DNA of 64,000 bases from Azolla caroliniana (taxonomy: Eukaryota > Plantae > Polypodiophyta). A program made the position numbers and the translations under genes. Of this stretch, positions 37,790-51,100 are shown one piece after another (position 1 is the first letter of the stretch; each line of letters begins with the position of its first letter). A model generated the notes under the pieces. That model made no database searches. It was given only the letters and a program-made list of their open reading frames with translations, and had not been told where the DNA came from. The stretch is taken from positions 8,928,001-8,992,000 of the forward strand of contig JBHGNT010000013.1 of the NCBI GenBank assembly GCA_043228905.1. The letters are read 5' to 3'.

Positions 37790-40097
37790 CCGAATTATGA
37801 CAAGCTAAGGATTTTCGGATGTGAGGCGTATGCCCTCATCGCCACAAACTTGCACCGCGGTCCAGGAAATGTATTTTCCTCGGTTATGGACTAGATGGCG
37901 AAATGGGATACTGACTCTTGGACCTTGAACATAGACAGATTGTTCGAAGTTTAGACATCGTCTTCAATGAGTCGGCCATGCATCAATCGGTCGAAAAGCC
38001 GATCGAAGTCCGAAGGGTAACTTTTTCTGATGTGCCAACCCTTCCCGAAGGCCCATCACACAACACACGGTTAGCTTCATGGATGTGCCAACCCAAAATT
38101 CAAAGCCAGATTAGTAGCAAAGGGTTTTCGACAAGAACACGACGTCAATTTTAACGAAATTTATTCGCCAGTGGTGAAAATTGACCACCCTTCGCTTTAT
38201 GCTCGACGTAGTGGCAACCGAAAATTTGTAGGTGATTCAGCTAGATGTCAAAACGGCTTTCCTCCATGGTGATCTTGAGGATGAAATTTATATGGAACAG
38301 TCAAAAGGCTTTGTGGTATCTGGTCAAGAACATCTAGGCTACTGACTTAGGAAGAGTCTTTACGACCTGAAACAGGCGCCACGATAGTGGTACAATAAGT
38401 TCGACGACTTCATCCAATAGATCGGCTTCTCAAAGAGCGATGATGATCACTGCCTCTTCACAAAAACAACTTGAGATGGATCACCCATCTTCGTCATCAT
38501 CTACGTAGACGACATGCTAATCTCTGGACACCATGCTGGCGAACTAGCCGAACTCGTTCGGCAACTGCGGTTGAAGTTTTCCATGAAGGATCTCGATCCG
38601 GCACGACACATTCTTGGTATGAAGATAAGTCGGAATCGTAATAAACGACCATTGTTTATGTTCCAGACCGACTACATTGGATGTGTCCTCAAATGCTTCA
38701 ACATGCAATCGACGAAATCTGCCTGTACCCCGCTCCCTACTCATACTCGGCTATCTCAGTGAGACTGTCCGACATCCGGTCCGGACGGGGAAATTATGAA
38801 GTCGATACCATATGCACCGGCAGTTGGCTCTCTAATGTACGCGATGATCGCGACACAACCTGATATTGCTCATGCCGTTGGGGTCGTCAGCAGATTTATG
38901 CATAATCCCGGCCGATTGCACAGGAACACAGTCAAGCATGTGTTCAGATATCTGGTGGGCACAAAAGACCTTGGTATTCTATTCGACCTGAACGACATCT
39001 TAGGCGTAGTCGGATATACCAACTTTGACTTTGTGGGCTGCATAGACAGCTGTAAATCGACAACAGAATATTGTTTCAAATTCGGTAATGGAGCCATCTC
39101 ATGGAAATCGAAACTTCAGGAGTGCACTACCACATCAACGACTGAGGCCGAATACGTAGCCGCTTCCGATGCGGCAAAAGAGGCTTTATGGCTCGGTCGG
39201 TTGGCCTCCACATTTGGACAGGCCGAAATTGGCTCAATTTCAATTGTGTACAATGACAGTCAGGGTGTTGTTGCTCTGTCGAAAAATCCGGTTCATCACA
39301 ACACCTCCAAACATATTGATGTTCGATATCATTTCGTTTAGGACTGTGTCATTTCAGGGAAAATCGGCTTTGAGAAGGTACCTACAACCGATAATGTTGT
39401 GGATGCAATGACCAAGTGTCTCCCAGCGAATCGATTTCGATCCCTTCGGCATCGAATGGGCGTAATGAAGAATCATTCCGATTAAATTAGACACTCAGGA
39501 CGTTTCTCAGACAATAGACCTGGATAGTTCGAACTTCGGCTTCAGTCTCTCCGAACTCGGCCAATCCAACCTTCTGCTCTTCGGAGTTCACCGACTCGAA
39601 CAAATTCTCAATTGTTCGTAAACCTTGTATCAATCTGTGTTGTACATTCATTTTGATCTACAGATTTTAGATGTATATGCCCATTACGGGGGAGAGTTGA
39701 TTACGGGCTTATAATGGACGTATTCACACCGTCTCCTTTTGTACACACTAGGCTTAGGCTATTTATGTAAATAGTGAGAAGGGCACCTGCCCTAAGTCAG
39801 TCAGTATATTTAAACTGACTTTGTAACCTAGTTAGTAGTTGTTGCTTTAAGTTGAAATATACTCTTGACATTGTGCCCAACTGTCTCTCTCTCTTGCATA
39901 CTAGTTGTATTGTTTGTCTTTGCTGCCATCAAAGTTACGATCTTGCATCCTTTCTCGATCTTATCCTAGAAGAGTGTTGATCTTGTTTTGCATTAAATGA
40001 CGGTGATCCCAAAACTGCTCTTGTCGGCCGCCTGCATTGCGTGTCGATCCCCCTTGTCCTCCACGCCCACGGGGCCGGTCCGCCTTCGTGTACAACA
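37790..40097 (+). mobile_element. Degenerate Tork-like copia 3' half with 3' LTR 39698-40097
   Basis: KCIFLGY, LDVKTAFLHGD, YVDDML, PYAPAVGSLMYAM, SKHIDVRYHF; PPT GGGGGAGAG. Confidence 0.85.
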
Positions 40098-40114
40098 TAA
40101 AGCTGCCCGATTGA

Positions 40115-43070
40115 TGTTGGCTGTTTGCAGCCAAGTATGTAATGAGGAAAGGGTGACCCAGGTTCCGGATATATAATGATATTATTAATTATAGGAACAA
40201 ACGGATCGAGAATAGGTATGCCAATTCGGATCCGAACCGATTCGTAGTCAGTTGCCGGTTAGGCACCGTTTTGTAACATAGAACTGGTGGCCTATAAAAG
40301 GATCTGGGTATCGATGTATTAAGGGACGTAATGTTAATATAAGAAAGCTTTTTATTATATCTTGTGGATCTTTATGTTCTATTCCATTCTGCGCTCATGT
40401 ATGAATCTTATGCATGTAATTGGGGTATGTTGTGAATACGAATACCGAACCGAAAGACAACCGGTTATGGTTGTCAAGTGTTGAATGCCTTACCGTAACC
40501 ACCCTTTGGTGAAGTGTTCCGAAGGGACACCTTGTGTTAGAGGCAAGTCCAACCCAAGAGTAACACATAATTTTGGTGACCACGATTACTGCAACAAGCA
40601 GGGAACAATGGGGGGATGGATGACTAGGCCAACAAATGACCTACTTGCCGAACGAGCAAGAAGACTAGCCGAGAAACTATGGAGGTGGGTGAGGAGATAT
40701 GATTGGATCGGTCTTTTTCCAACGTGATTCAGTGGGTCGCGGAGGAGTCACTCCGGTTACAACACAATCCATACTCAGACGAAGGAAATAGTTTGAGCAG
40801 TTTGCGGAACGTGGAATCCATCCTGTAGACCCTCGCGACGGGCGAAGGAGATTCGGGGGTGTTATCGGCTATCAAATCGGATTCAGATAGGGAGCACAAC
40901 GTTCAATCCAACTATCGAAGTAGTCATGACCACCCGGAAGTCCCGGACAACGACGATTCGGAAAACCTACCAATGTTAGAACCAGAAATGACAAAACCGG
41001 CATCCCCAGTCAACGAACCAGGTTCGGACAAGCAAGTACCTATACCACCACGCAACCACTTGGAGACTCAGGAGGAACACACTTCGACACCACCACCTGA
41101 GTCACTAAAGAAACAGGAGGAGCGGGTACCGTCACCACCTCCGGCAAAACCGATAGACGACGACACACGACCATACCAGTATCCGAAATATTGGGATGAC
41201 ACGAACATGGAGGCCTACATCTGCGTCTTTCTCCAAACATGGGAAGCGAACCATGTTTCACAACGGTTGACCGAAGTAGAGGCCGAATGCTCGAAGATAG
41301 CAGAATTCAGCATGGCCTTGCAGGGACCGGCAGCACAATGGCATAACAAGCACCTTCTTGGCAACATCGCCACATTTGAAGAATTAAAGAAAAAGTTTCT
41401 GCGCTTCTTCCACAAACAGGTGGAACAAAGGGAAATCGTCAGTCAATTCTACACGACACGGCAGGACCCAACAGAAACCGTGTCACAGTTCATCATCCGG
41501 TTCTAGATGCTGCACAGTCAACTCACCAGAGCTCCGTTGGAAGAAGAATTGAAAGCAATATTTTTGTCAACGCTTTGAGAACCTCTCTGAACAATGTGCG
41601 CAGTAATAGATTTCCAAACCAACACAATAGAACAAGTCATGGACCGGGTAATGGAAATGGACAAGATAGTTCGTGGCTGTCAATGGGGGCATTCCAATGA
41701 GCACTCCCTACCGAAGAAGACCTCCGGTTTCGGCAAGCCGTACAATGCACAACGTGCCTTAACCTCAGACACTCAACGGTAGAATGCACAATGAGAGCAC
41801 AATGCATGTTATGCCATTCCCGAGCACACACAATGGACCGATGTGAATATAATCTACTAAACTGACAGGTGGCAACAGTCTGCAAGATCGAACCCTGGAC
41901 CGAGTGGCAAAACGACGACGAATGGTTCAAGTGCGAGGACTGATACTGACCAATACAAGAGATCCGATACGATAGACGGGAGTATGATTGGGATCGTAGG
42001 GATAGGAGCCGAGAATACAACTGTGATAGGTATGATCACGATTATTCCCTTGACTATAATAGAAGAAGGGATGACCAATGAGGAGAATATGTAGATTCGG
42101 ATAGGCGCCCCTCAAACCGATAGGGACATCGGAACAACCAACTCCATAATTGGAGGAGAAAGTTACGTGACCAACTTTTAGTCCGGTAACCCGAAAAGTG
42201 TATTGTTACTACTGCCGGCAAGACAGACACTATAGTAGTCAGTGCCTGGTCAAGACCAACGAGAAACAATTGGCAATGAATATGGTGATTGCGGAGTTGG
42301 CTGACATTCAGCATGTCACCACTCAATCGAAAGGAAAAACGGCAGAATGGGAGGCTCAAGAAGCAATCCGGAAACAGGCCACTGAATGGATAGAAAAAGG
42401 CGAACGAACGGAACGCGACCGAATTACGAGAACAAATGAAACATCTGGAGGAACAAACAGAGACCATGGACGAGAATCCAATGTGGCAGGCATTACAAGA
42501 CTGCCATATTATGCTACCACTGGGGCGTCTGCTGCAATTAGTGCCCCGGTTCACGGGCGGTCTGAAATCGGGATTGGCCCCACAAAACCCCACACCGGCT
42601 TTGACATTCTTTCGAATCCGGAAGAAGGACCGGCCGTCGTGGACACCAGCAACCCGAGAATCATAGTCATTGTCAAAGGACGTGAAGTACCGGGAACAAT
42701 CGTGGACGGAGGATTGGGAGTGAACGTAATTAGCCAACGTACATGCGATACGTTGGGGATCTAGGAATGGGAACCATGCCCATTCTGGCTCCGGATGGCT
42801 GATATTAGTTCGGTCCGGCCAACCGGGTTGATCCGGGACTTGGAGGTCACAATTGGCTGACATGCATTCAGGATATCCACAGTGGTGCTGCAGCTAAATG
42901 CACAAGGAGCATATCTCTTGTTGCTAGGAAGACCATGGTTGCAGACGACACACATAAAATAGAATTGGCAGAGGAATATCATCACTTTCTAGCGTGGCAA
43001 AGCCAAAGTGCGAGTATCGACACACCCATGAATGGGCGCTAGTAAGGAGTGGACGCCACTATATCTAGAA
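40115..43070 (+). mobile_element. Family C 5' part: LTR 40115-40565, PBS 40574-40583, degenerate gag-protease
   Basis: TGTTGG...GTAACA; TGGTGACCAC (tRNA-Arg-type); gag 40859..41506; TIVDGGLGVNVI. Confidence 0.8.
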
Positions 43071-43089
43071 GGGTGGAAGCACGCTACGG

Positions 43090-43840
43090 TGTCATGGCTT
43101 TCGGCGCCAGATCGTTGCGTGAGTCGGGTGGGAACCGCTAGGGTTTTGGACTAGGAAGAGGAAGAATTTGAGACAAGTTTATAGTTATGGATAGATTATT
43201 AGAAAGAGAGATAGAAACTTGTGAATCCCACAAGTATAGATTATTAGATTTATTAATATTAGAATCCTAATAACAATTTGTCATAGATTGGAAGAGATAG
43301 ATTATATAAAACTTCTTGAATCCCATGATTATATTAATTGGTGTTTTAGGAAATATATCCAATTTCCCCAAATATTTCACACACATCACCTTACATTGTG
43401 CTCCCCTATCCTCATGTAGTGATGAGGGAGTCTTAATAATCCATGTTTTTCCTCTAACTATAGACTCCATGCTTTTCCTATAGATAGACTATATGCTTTA
43501 TCTAAAGTGATCATGCTTTTTCTAACTTGTGCGTTTTTTATCGACTATAGCGTTCATGCACGCTAGATGTGCATGCGTAACTTTTTCTTTTAGCATGCGT
43601 TTTTCTTTTAACTAAAGTGTATCCTAGCTAAACTTACCTTTCTATGTGGGACATCTACTTTTTAACACTAATGGAATGCTAGTGTAATGGTAAGGTTTCA
43701 CATTATTAACATGAAGGTGCAAGGTTCGATTTTTGCCCAATGCATGTATTATTTATTTTGACATTTTCTTCTATTTCTTCATATTTACTAAAACTTTACT
43801 TTATAAGTTTTTCATGTAGTGTACGAAATACACTACGACA
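43090..43840 (-). repeat. Family A solo LTR
   Basis: Reverse-complement homolog of 36852-37705; 4-bp TSD ACGG on both sides. Confidence 0.9.
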
Positions 43841-44388
43841 ACGGTGTACCCGAAAAGTACTGTTTTTGACCACAAAAATTGTTAGTACTTTCGATATTGT
43901 TAGTACTGAATAATTCAGAAAAAAAAATCAGAGAAAAAAAAAATCTACTTTGGAGAGTGGGGTGACTGTAGTACAAGTGTCCTTTACTACAAGGAGTGGG
44001 GGGAACACGTGAGGAGATGTTCTTTCCATTTTGGGGGCTATTTTCCCCTCACGTCGATTTTGGCGCTTCCCCTCATACTCCCCTTCCTCTTTCCCTCTGA
44101 GCTCTTCAACTCAGACATCCATGTCACGTTTCTGTTTTTCCTCCAATCTAAGAGTTTTGTTATGGTTTAGGGAGCAAATCTCAGACATCCATGTCAGGTT
44201 AGAGCTTTTGAGTTGAGGATTTCTGGTTTTTTTAGGGTTTTGTTTTTGTTAGGGTTTAGGTTGAGGAACAAAGATTGTTCTGAGGCCTCTTATAACAGCC
44301 AATAGTGACTTCTTCGACAACGACTTTCTTACTTCCACCGATTGTGGTTTATGTCGTGGTGATTTGGGGCTTTTTCCATCGAGGTGAG

Positions 44389-44769
44389 GATCCTTCCACC
44401 GAATCCAGGCGGCATATCACAAAGATTCAAGGCGCCCTTCACCATTGGAGGTTCCTTCCACTAAATCAAGGCGGCATATCACCAAGATTCAAGGCGCCCT
44501 CCACCATTGGAGGTTCCTTCCATTAAATCAAGGTGGCATATCACATAGATTCAAGATCCCTCCACTATTGGAGGTTCCTTCCACCAAATCGAGGCGGCAT
44601 ATCACATAAATTCAACGCTCCCTCGACCATTTGAGGTTCTTTCCAGCAAATCGAGGCGGCATATCACATAAAATCAACGCTCCCTCCACCATTTGAGGTT
44701 CCTTCCAGCAAATCGAGGCGGCATATCACACAGAATCAACGCTCCCGCCACCATTGGAGGTTCCTTCCA
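44389..44769. repeat. About 62-bp minisatellite, about 6 copies
   Basis: Unit GTTCCTTCCACCAAATCGAGGCGGCATATCAC...CCCTCCACCATTGGAG, head-to-tail with no spacers. Confidence 0.9.
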
Positions 44770-44991
44770 TCCATTTTTTTATTTTCAGGACTAAAAATTT
44801 TCATTTCTTCATTTTTTAGTACTAAATTTTTAGATTTTACAATTGTCATATTTGATCCATAATTCTAATGTTCGAAACGAATTATTTCTCACTTTGCAGG
44901 CCACATTTAAAAACATCTGACTGCGTTTTCTTAGTGTAGTCTATATAACATTAACTACTCTCGCCGGACACTTAATTTTTTTGGTGACCAA

Positions 44992-46612
44992 ATGGGGGTC
45001 CCCAACGAGAGTGAGTTGTCAAGTAACCCATTTATATCTGAAAGGACCAAGAGACAAGTGGTTCTTCACATAGTTCGTTATTTGGTAGAAATAACAAAGA
45101 GATTTAGTGAAGAGGATCGTAGGGATATTATATGTAGAGTTTTACACCATCAAAGTTTGAATGAAGACATGGAGAGAATAAAATTTAGGGACCAATGTGT
45201 TTCAGAAGAGATTGTAGAGTCTATGAAGTCATCCCTAGACTAAGTGAAAGGTGTAGAGAGCATAGACAAACTTGCTACAAGGAGGGCAACCCTCCACATG
45301 GTTGTGAACGGTGCGAGAGAAAAAAAATATAGTGTTGCCTTAGCCCTGGGTATTCAAAGAAGGAACTTGAGGAAACATCGCCGAAATATACACTCAAGCC
45401 AATTCAAGTGGTTGGGGTTGGGACGTAGAAGACGATGCGATGCCTTATCTCAAGAGATTATTGAGAAAGTGGACTCATTTTGGGCCAAAAATACGCGTGT
45501 CTCACCAAATAAGAAGGACGTATGTAGACAACGAATAAGTCAGGGTAAGTACCAGATCCACCCTAGACACTTCTTGGAGATGACAGAGGTATTCCATTTT
45601 TTTATATCAATTCACATTCCATAAATTTGTGTTTTGACCAAGTGTATATTAATGTTTGCTATATATATTGGTTGATGTAGGCTGAATTGTACATGAACTT
45701 TAAAGACCAACATCCAAGCTTGACTGTTGGATTCCGCAAGTTCCAAGGTTTGAAACCATTTTATGTTAGAAAATTAAATGAGAGGAATACATGTTGTTGT
45801 GTGTACCACGTGAAGATGGACATGTTAAGGCTAGGAGTGAATGCAATGTGTATTGATTCTAAGGGTATACACAGGGAATTATGTGTTTGCACTTGTGAGG
45901 TTTGTAGACCAAATGGGGAGGATAATAGGTGTAATGCACGAAACATGACTTATGCATCCGTTTCTGAGCTATGGAAGTTTTGTGTTTGTGAGTGGCATCG
46001 TCGTACATGTTTATTAAGAACATGTAAGGTTTGTTCGCTACCATTATTTTGTAGGCAGGAGCTTGATTTGGGAAATAGTCATATCGTGAAATGGAAATAT
46101 TTAGAGTATGTGACTGAAAATATTGGCAAGGGACTTGTAACTAAGCGTATCAAGGAAGTATATAAGGAGACATGTGCTGCTACCCTTGTCTCAGAATTTA
46201 AGAAACAACTTGGGGAGTTCATTCCACATAACTTCCGGAGTTATTGGCAAAATTCACAGTTCAAGGAATGTATTAATAACTTACCAACGGGTGTCATCGT
46301 ATTCGTTATTGACTTTGCAGAAAACTATACATTTAAAGTTCAAAATGAGGTTCAATCAATGCATTGGTACAATGATCAATGTACAATACTTGTACATATT
46401 TGCTATTGGAGGCGAGACAGTGAGTTACATAAGAAATCAATATTTTACATTTCAGATGATAAAAAGCATGATACACTATTTGTTCAACATTGTTTTAAGC
46501 TTCACCATGTAGATTTATTGTCTGTAGGGTTAACCTTTAACCGTCATTGGGTTTGGTCTGATGGTGCTGCCTCGCAGTTTAAGGCGGCACGATCGTTCTA
46601 CTTTATCGCCAG
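44992..46612 (+). pseudogene. Intron-containing transposase remnant (Sola2-like)
   Basis: Exon 44992-45588 (TAA at 45241), GT-AG intron 45589-45680 that restores frame (MTE|AELY), exon 45681-46612 with Cys clusters, IDFAENY, QSMHW, ISDDKKHD, WSDGAASQFK, then GT donor at 46613. Confidence 0.7.
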
Positions 46613-46833
46613 GTAATTTTTAATCCATATGTTTAGTACTTATCATGCAATGTGTAAGGAAGTAATTCTTGTGTTAGTGCATGCATACTAATTATGTTTG
46701 TAACTATTCACACAGTACTATTCACATGGATGCATACTAATTATGTTTGTAACTATTCGAACACATCACTATTCACATGGATGCATGCATACTAATTTTT
46801 TTTGTAACTAAGTTAACTGTTCTTGATTGTACT

Positions 46834-47797
46834 AAGTCATCGTCTAGCTGGATACACAACTCCAGCTCGAGTAGTATGAACGAGAACGACGACGGCACAA
46901 AGTGGTCCAAAGAATTGCGGCGATCAACATCAGTGATGAAGAGCAGTCTTCGGCATAGCTGCCTAATGAAGCCGGAATGGGGGCAAGCCAACCATATGGA
47001 ACTCAGGAGGAGAAGGCAAACGTAACTTCGGAGGTGCAGCTGAAAGATGGAAACCGGCACACGCGGTGCATGTCGGACAACAACACCAAGAGATGCAAAG
47101 ACCAGTAGAGACAAAAAAAGAAGAAGAGCCGGTAAGACCAACAGAACCGCTGGAAACTAAAGTCAAGTAGAAGCAACCATAGTTGGTGTTCCGAAGCCGG
47201 GGCAATAACAGGAGGAGGAACAACATCAACAACAGATGATTGAACAACTTCCCAAGGAACCATTTGAACCCTTAGATCAAAGCATTCTGGACATTTTGGA
47301 GGAAGAATGAAGGCTGGATCATGGGATTCGACGTACAAGGTATTGTCCCACGGGCGTGCCATGTGTTAGACGGTCGGCAAGGAGAGTTCAGAGTGGGAAA
47401 AGGGGGATAATTAATAATTGGGATCTGATTATCTATAATATTTAGAAGGATATTTTGAGAAGTGAACGGACGGACCGGAATTGGTATGCCAATCCGGATT
47501 CGGACCGGTTCGTAGCCGGTTGCCGGAGACCTATAAAAGGGCCCGGTTAGATTATAATCATTAGCGGATAATTCATAGAGTGTTGTTTTTCTATATCTTA
47601 ATCAGTGTTAATTACCATTCTGTGTTAAGTGTAATTCATCTTACGCGTGTATTGTGACAAATGATCTTGCCCATTAGTAACCAATTAGGGTTTCATTAAT
47701 AGTTCAGTCTAAGTTTATCTCACCACAACACCCGTTTGGTGAAGTGTCTCAAAGGGACACCCTGTGTTAGGGCATTGTCCGGCCCCTAGCGATAACA
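46834..47797 (+). mobile_element. Family C 3' end: extra-ORF tail, tRNA-like motif (47317-47361) and 3' LTR 47364-47797
   Basis: SILDILEEE* at 47281-47310; LTR homologous to and co-oriented with 40115-40565. Confidence 0.75.
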
Positions 47798-47819
47798 TTA
47801 AACACATCCACTACATGGT

Positions 47820-48115
47820 TGTTGAGCGAGCAAGCTCAACATGGGTCGGATCAACTAAATAAGCTGATAGCCGAATCGGTGAGCCCGATTGGAAAGCCGG
47901 ATCCACGAGAACTGGCAGGCTGTTAGAGTCCTATGATCCTAGCCTAGTAGATAAGCATAATTTTGGGAATTACTGTTAGTAGCTCAATTATGAGCATTGA
48001 AGTACTTGTCAATACTTATGTTAGTCCTTTTAAGGATTTTATAAAAGTGCTCTCTGTACAGAGTGTTATTTTTCAAATAGAGTTTTTGTGTTCTTTTCTT
48101 TCTGTCTCTCCAAAT
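47820..48115 (+). repeat. Truncated Bryco-like copia LTR
   Basis: TGTTGAG..CAAGCTCAACA start and GAGCATTGAAGTAC block shared with 62844-63237. Confidence 0.7.
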
Positions 48116-51100
48116 TTTTAGTTAACCGGAAGCACTGGGTCCGTATCCCGGTTTTTCTCCATATTCACGTTTGCTAGCCACCTGTTTGTCGCTATCCGGT
48201 AACGCCGACTCTGCCTGATTGTTAGGTGCTTGTTTACCGCTTCCTACTATTGCATTAGCCTCCTTCTACTTGAACGGAGTCTGTGGCATGGGTTCACAAT
48301 ATGGTTTGAGTCGAAACCCATTGACCCATTTGTCCATTATCTCACCGGTGAGCATTCCAACCGTTGAATTCCCGCGTTATCCAATACAGTCCGGTCCACC
48401 GGAACCGTAGCTTTCCCGGCATCTGACCCATTCGGGTTTGGAATACGAGTACCGGCTTGCCGATCCCGAACATCTTCGCATTACCCTTCCGGTGCCAATC
48501 GACGAACGCCTTCCTTCGTCGCTGCTCCAGTTCCATCTACATGAGACTCGCTATCCGATGTTCTTCTACTTCTTATAATGCGGCTAACCGGATTTTTTCC
48601 GATTCCTTTTCACTTAATTGTTCTCTAACCTGTATCCGCAAACTCGGAACCTGAAATTCGATCGACATTACTACTTCCAACCCAAATGCTAACCGGAATG
48701 GTGTTGACCGGATACTCGTTTTGTATGTTGTCCGGTATGCCCATAGTGCACTATTAAGCTTCGTCTCCCATTGACGATCTTTCATAGGCTGTTTTGGAGC
48801 ATTTTGTTTGTGGATTCGGCCAATCCATTGGCCTGTGGATAATAAGGGGTACTGCGCTTGTGTACCACTGCATAGAATGTTGTTAAGCTCTCCACTACTT
48901 GACCGAGAAAATGTTCGCCTTGGTCCCTAATTAACTCGATCGGGCATCCATACCAGCACCAGATGTACTCATATAAAAACTTTGTCGTTGATGCCGCAAT
49001 GTTGTTCCGCAAAGCCTTGGCTTCTACCCACTTGGTGCAATAATTTGTGGCGACTATAACATATCTGTTTCCGGTTCTCATTGCCGGAGGTTTAAATGGC
49101 CCAACGAAGTCCAGCCCCCATTTCTGAAATGGCTCTTAGGGTAGCAATGACTGGTGAGGCATCCTTGCATGTTCTGTTGGTTGGTCCATCCGTTGACATA
49201 AATCACAGTCTTTTGCATACCGGACTGAGTCCTTCAATGTTGTCGGCTACCATAGCCCGATGTGCCATATCTTTCTTGTCGTAGCGTCCCCGGAATAGTG
49301 CCCTCTGGCAACGCCGCAATGCGCTTCTCCTAATATTGTGTCCTTTTCGTCGCTTCACACTGCTCGCTGCCATATGCCATCCGGACCTTTATGGTACAGG
49401 GTGTCCTGTAGTAGACAAAAATGTCAGCTTTGTACCGCTAACCGCTTCCGCTCATCCCGGTTCATCTCCTCTGTTGGTTAGCCACTTGTCTTCGTCGACG
49501 ACCATGCTATCTACTGCCATTTTTGTTGTTACTTAAAACAACTCGGCATCCGGAAACTCATCCGGGACTCCATCACTAGTCTCGCTAGAGTCTAACCGGC
49601 TCAGATAATCGGCAACCGCATGCTATATTCCCGGTCGGTGATATATTTCAAAGTCAAACTCTTGTAGCAATAATGTCCATCGGGCCAGCTTACCGGTGAG
49701 CAATGCCTTTGAGACCAAATATAATAGCGCTGAGTGGTCGACATGAAATGAAAATTTCCTTCCCAATAAATAGTGCCTGAACTTGGTAACACTGTAAATC
49801 ATCCCTAAGGCTTCTCTTTCCGTTGTTGAATAATTTCGTTCCGCTTGGGATAGCTTCCTATTGGCATAATAAACCGGTCGGTACCATTTCGGTTAAGTCA
49901 GTTGCATTAGTGCGTTACCGATTGCTATGTCAGACGCATCGACGAACACGTGGAACTCTTTTGACCAGTCCGGTGGTTGCACCACCGGCGCTTGTGATAG
50001 CAGTACTTTCAATGCCCGTTAAGCATTATCCTCCGTATTTGTCCATTGAAACGGTGTCCGGTGAACCGCGACATGCAACGGTGTAGCAAGATCGGCCAAA
50101 TACCGGAGCATCTGGCTATGCCACCAGATTTTCCCTCGAAACCGACTCAAAGCTTTGGTTGTGGATGGTGCTGGTTCTTCTAAGATTTCTTTGACCTTAT
50201 CGGGGTCAACTGCGATCCCGTCCTTGTTGATGATATGGCCCAGCAATGGACCACTTGTTACTCCTAACACACACTTTGCTTTATTCAGGCTTAACCGATA
50301 ACTCCTGCATTTCTCAAGACATAGTCAGAAGTGTTGGAGATGTTCTCCTTCTCGGCTATACACGGCGAAGTCATCGAGGAATACCTGCATGAATGCCGAG
50401 ATGAACTCGCCAAATACTTCCATGATTATTTGTTGGAAGGTCGCCGGCGCGGTCTTGAGCCCGAACATCATTACCACTGCGACGAAGACTCCCCATTCGG
50501 TGACGAACACCATCTTGTCTTGGTCGTCGGGGTGTATCCTTATTTGATTGTAGCCGTTGAAACCGTCTAGGATGCTATACACTTCATGACCGGCTACCGC
50601 GTCTAGCACTCCATTCGTAAATGGAAGTGGAAAGGCGTCGGTCACTGTTGCCACATTGAGTTTCCGCTAGTAGACGCACACCCGGATCTTACCGTTCTTT
50701 TTCGGCACAACGACTATGGGACTTAACCATGTAGCTTTTTTCACTGGTTAGATAAAACCAACCCGTAGCAACTTGTCAATTTCCTCTTTGACCTTTGCCG
50801 CATAGTTAGGGTTCATCCGGTAACGCCGTTGTGCTACCGGTTTGGCATCCTTACTGAGATGTATTTGATTTTGGTACAACTGAGGATCCAACCCTTGCAT
50901 GTCTTCATAGGACCACACGAATACGTCCGGAAATTCCTTTAATAAAGTGATCATCGCCGTCTTGTTGTCCGGTGACATTTCCTTAGCAATATGAACCGGA
51001 CTTGCGTCGTCCTCGGTTCCTAAGTTCACTTCTTCTAACTGGGATGCTTTCATGTGTTGGGATACCGCCATCTCCCTCTCTAGAGCTTCTTGTGCTTGCC

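Larger units (their letters stand above)
43071..46833 (+). mobile_element. Truncated DNA transposon, Sola2-like
   Basis: Starts GGGTGG where family C pol breaks off, is interrupted by a solo LTR and contains a spliced transposase remnant; right terminus not found. Confidence 0.55.

Noticed and set aside
44389-44769. CRISPR-like array
   Set aside because: Units are contiguous with no unique spacers, there are no cas genes, and the context is eukaryotic TE sequence.
40115-47797. Single element bounded by LTRs 40115-40565 and 47364-47797
   Set aside because: The LTRs are homologous but strongly divergent, the flanks show no TSD, and RT/integrase are missing; more likely two fragments joined by deletion.
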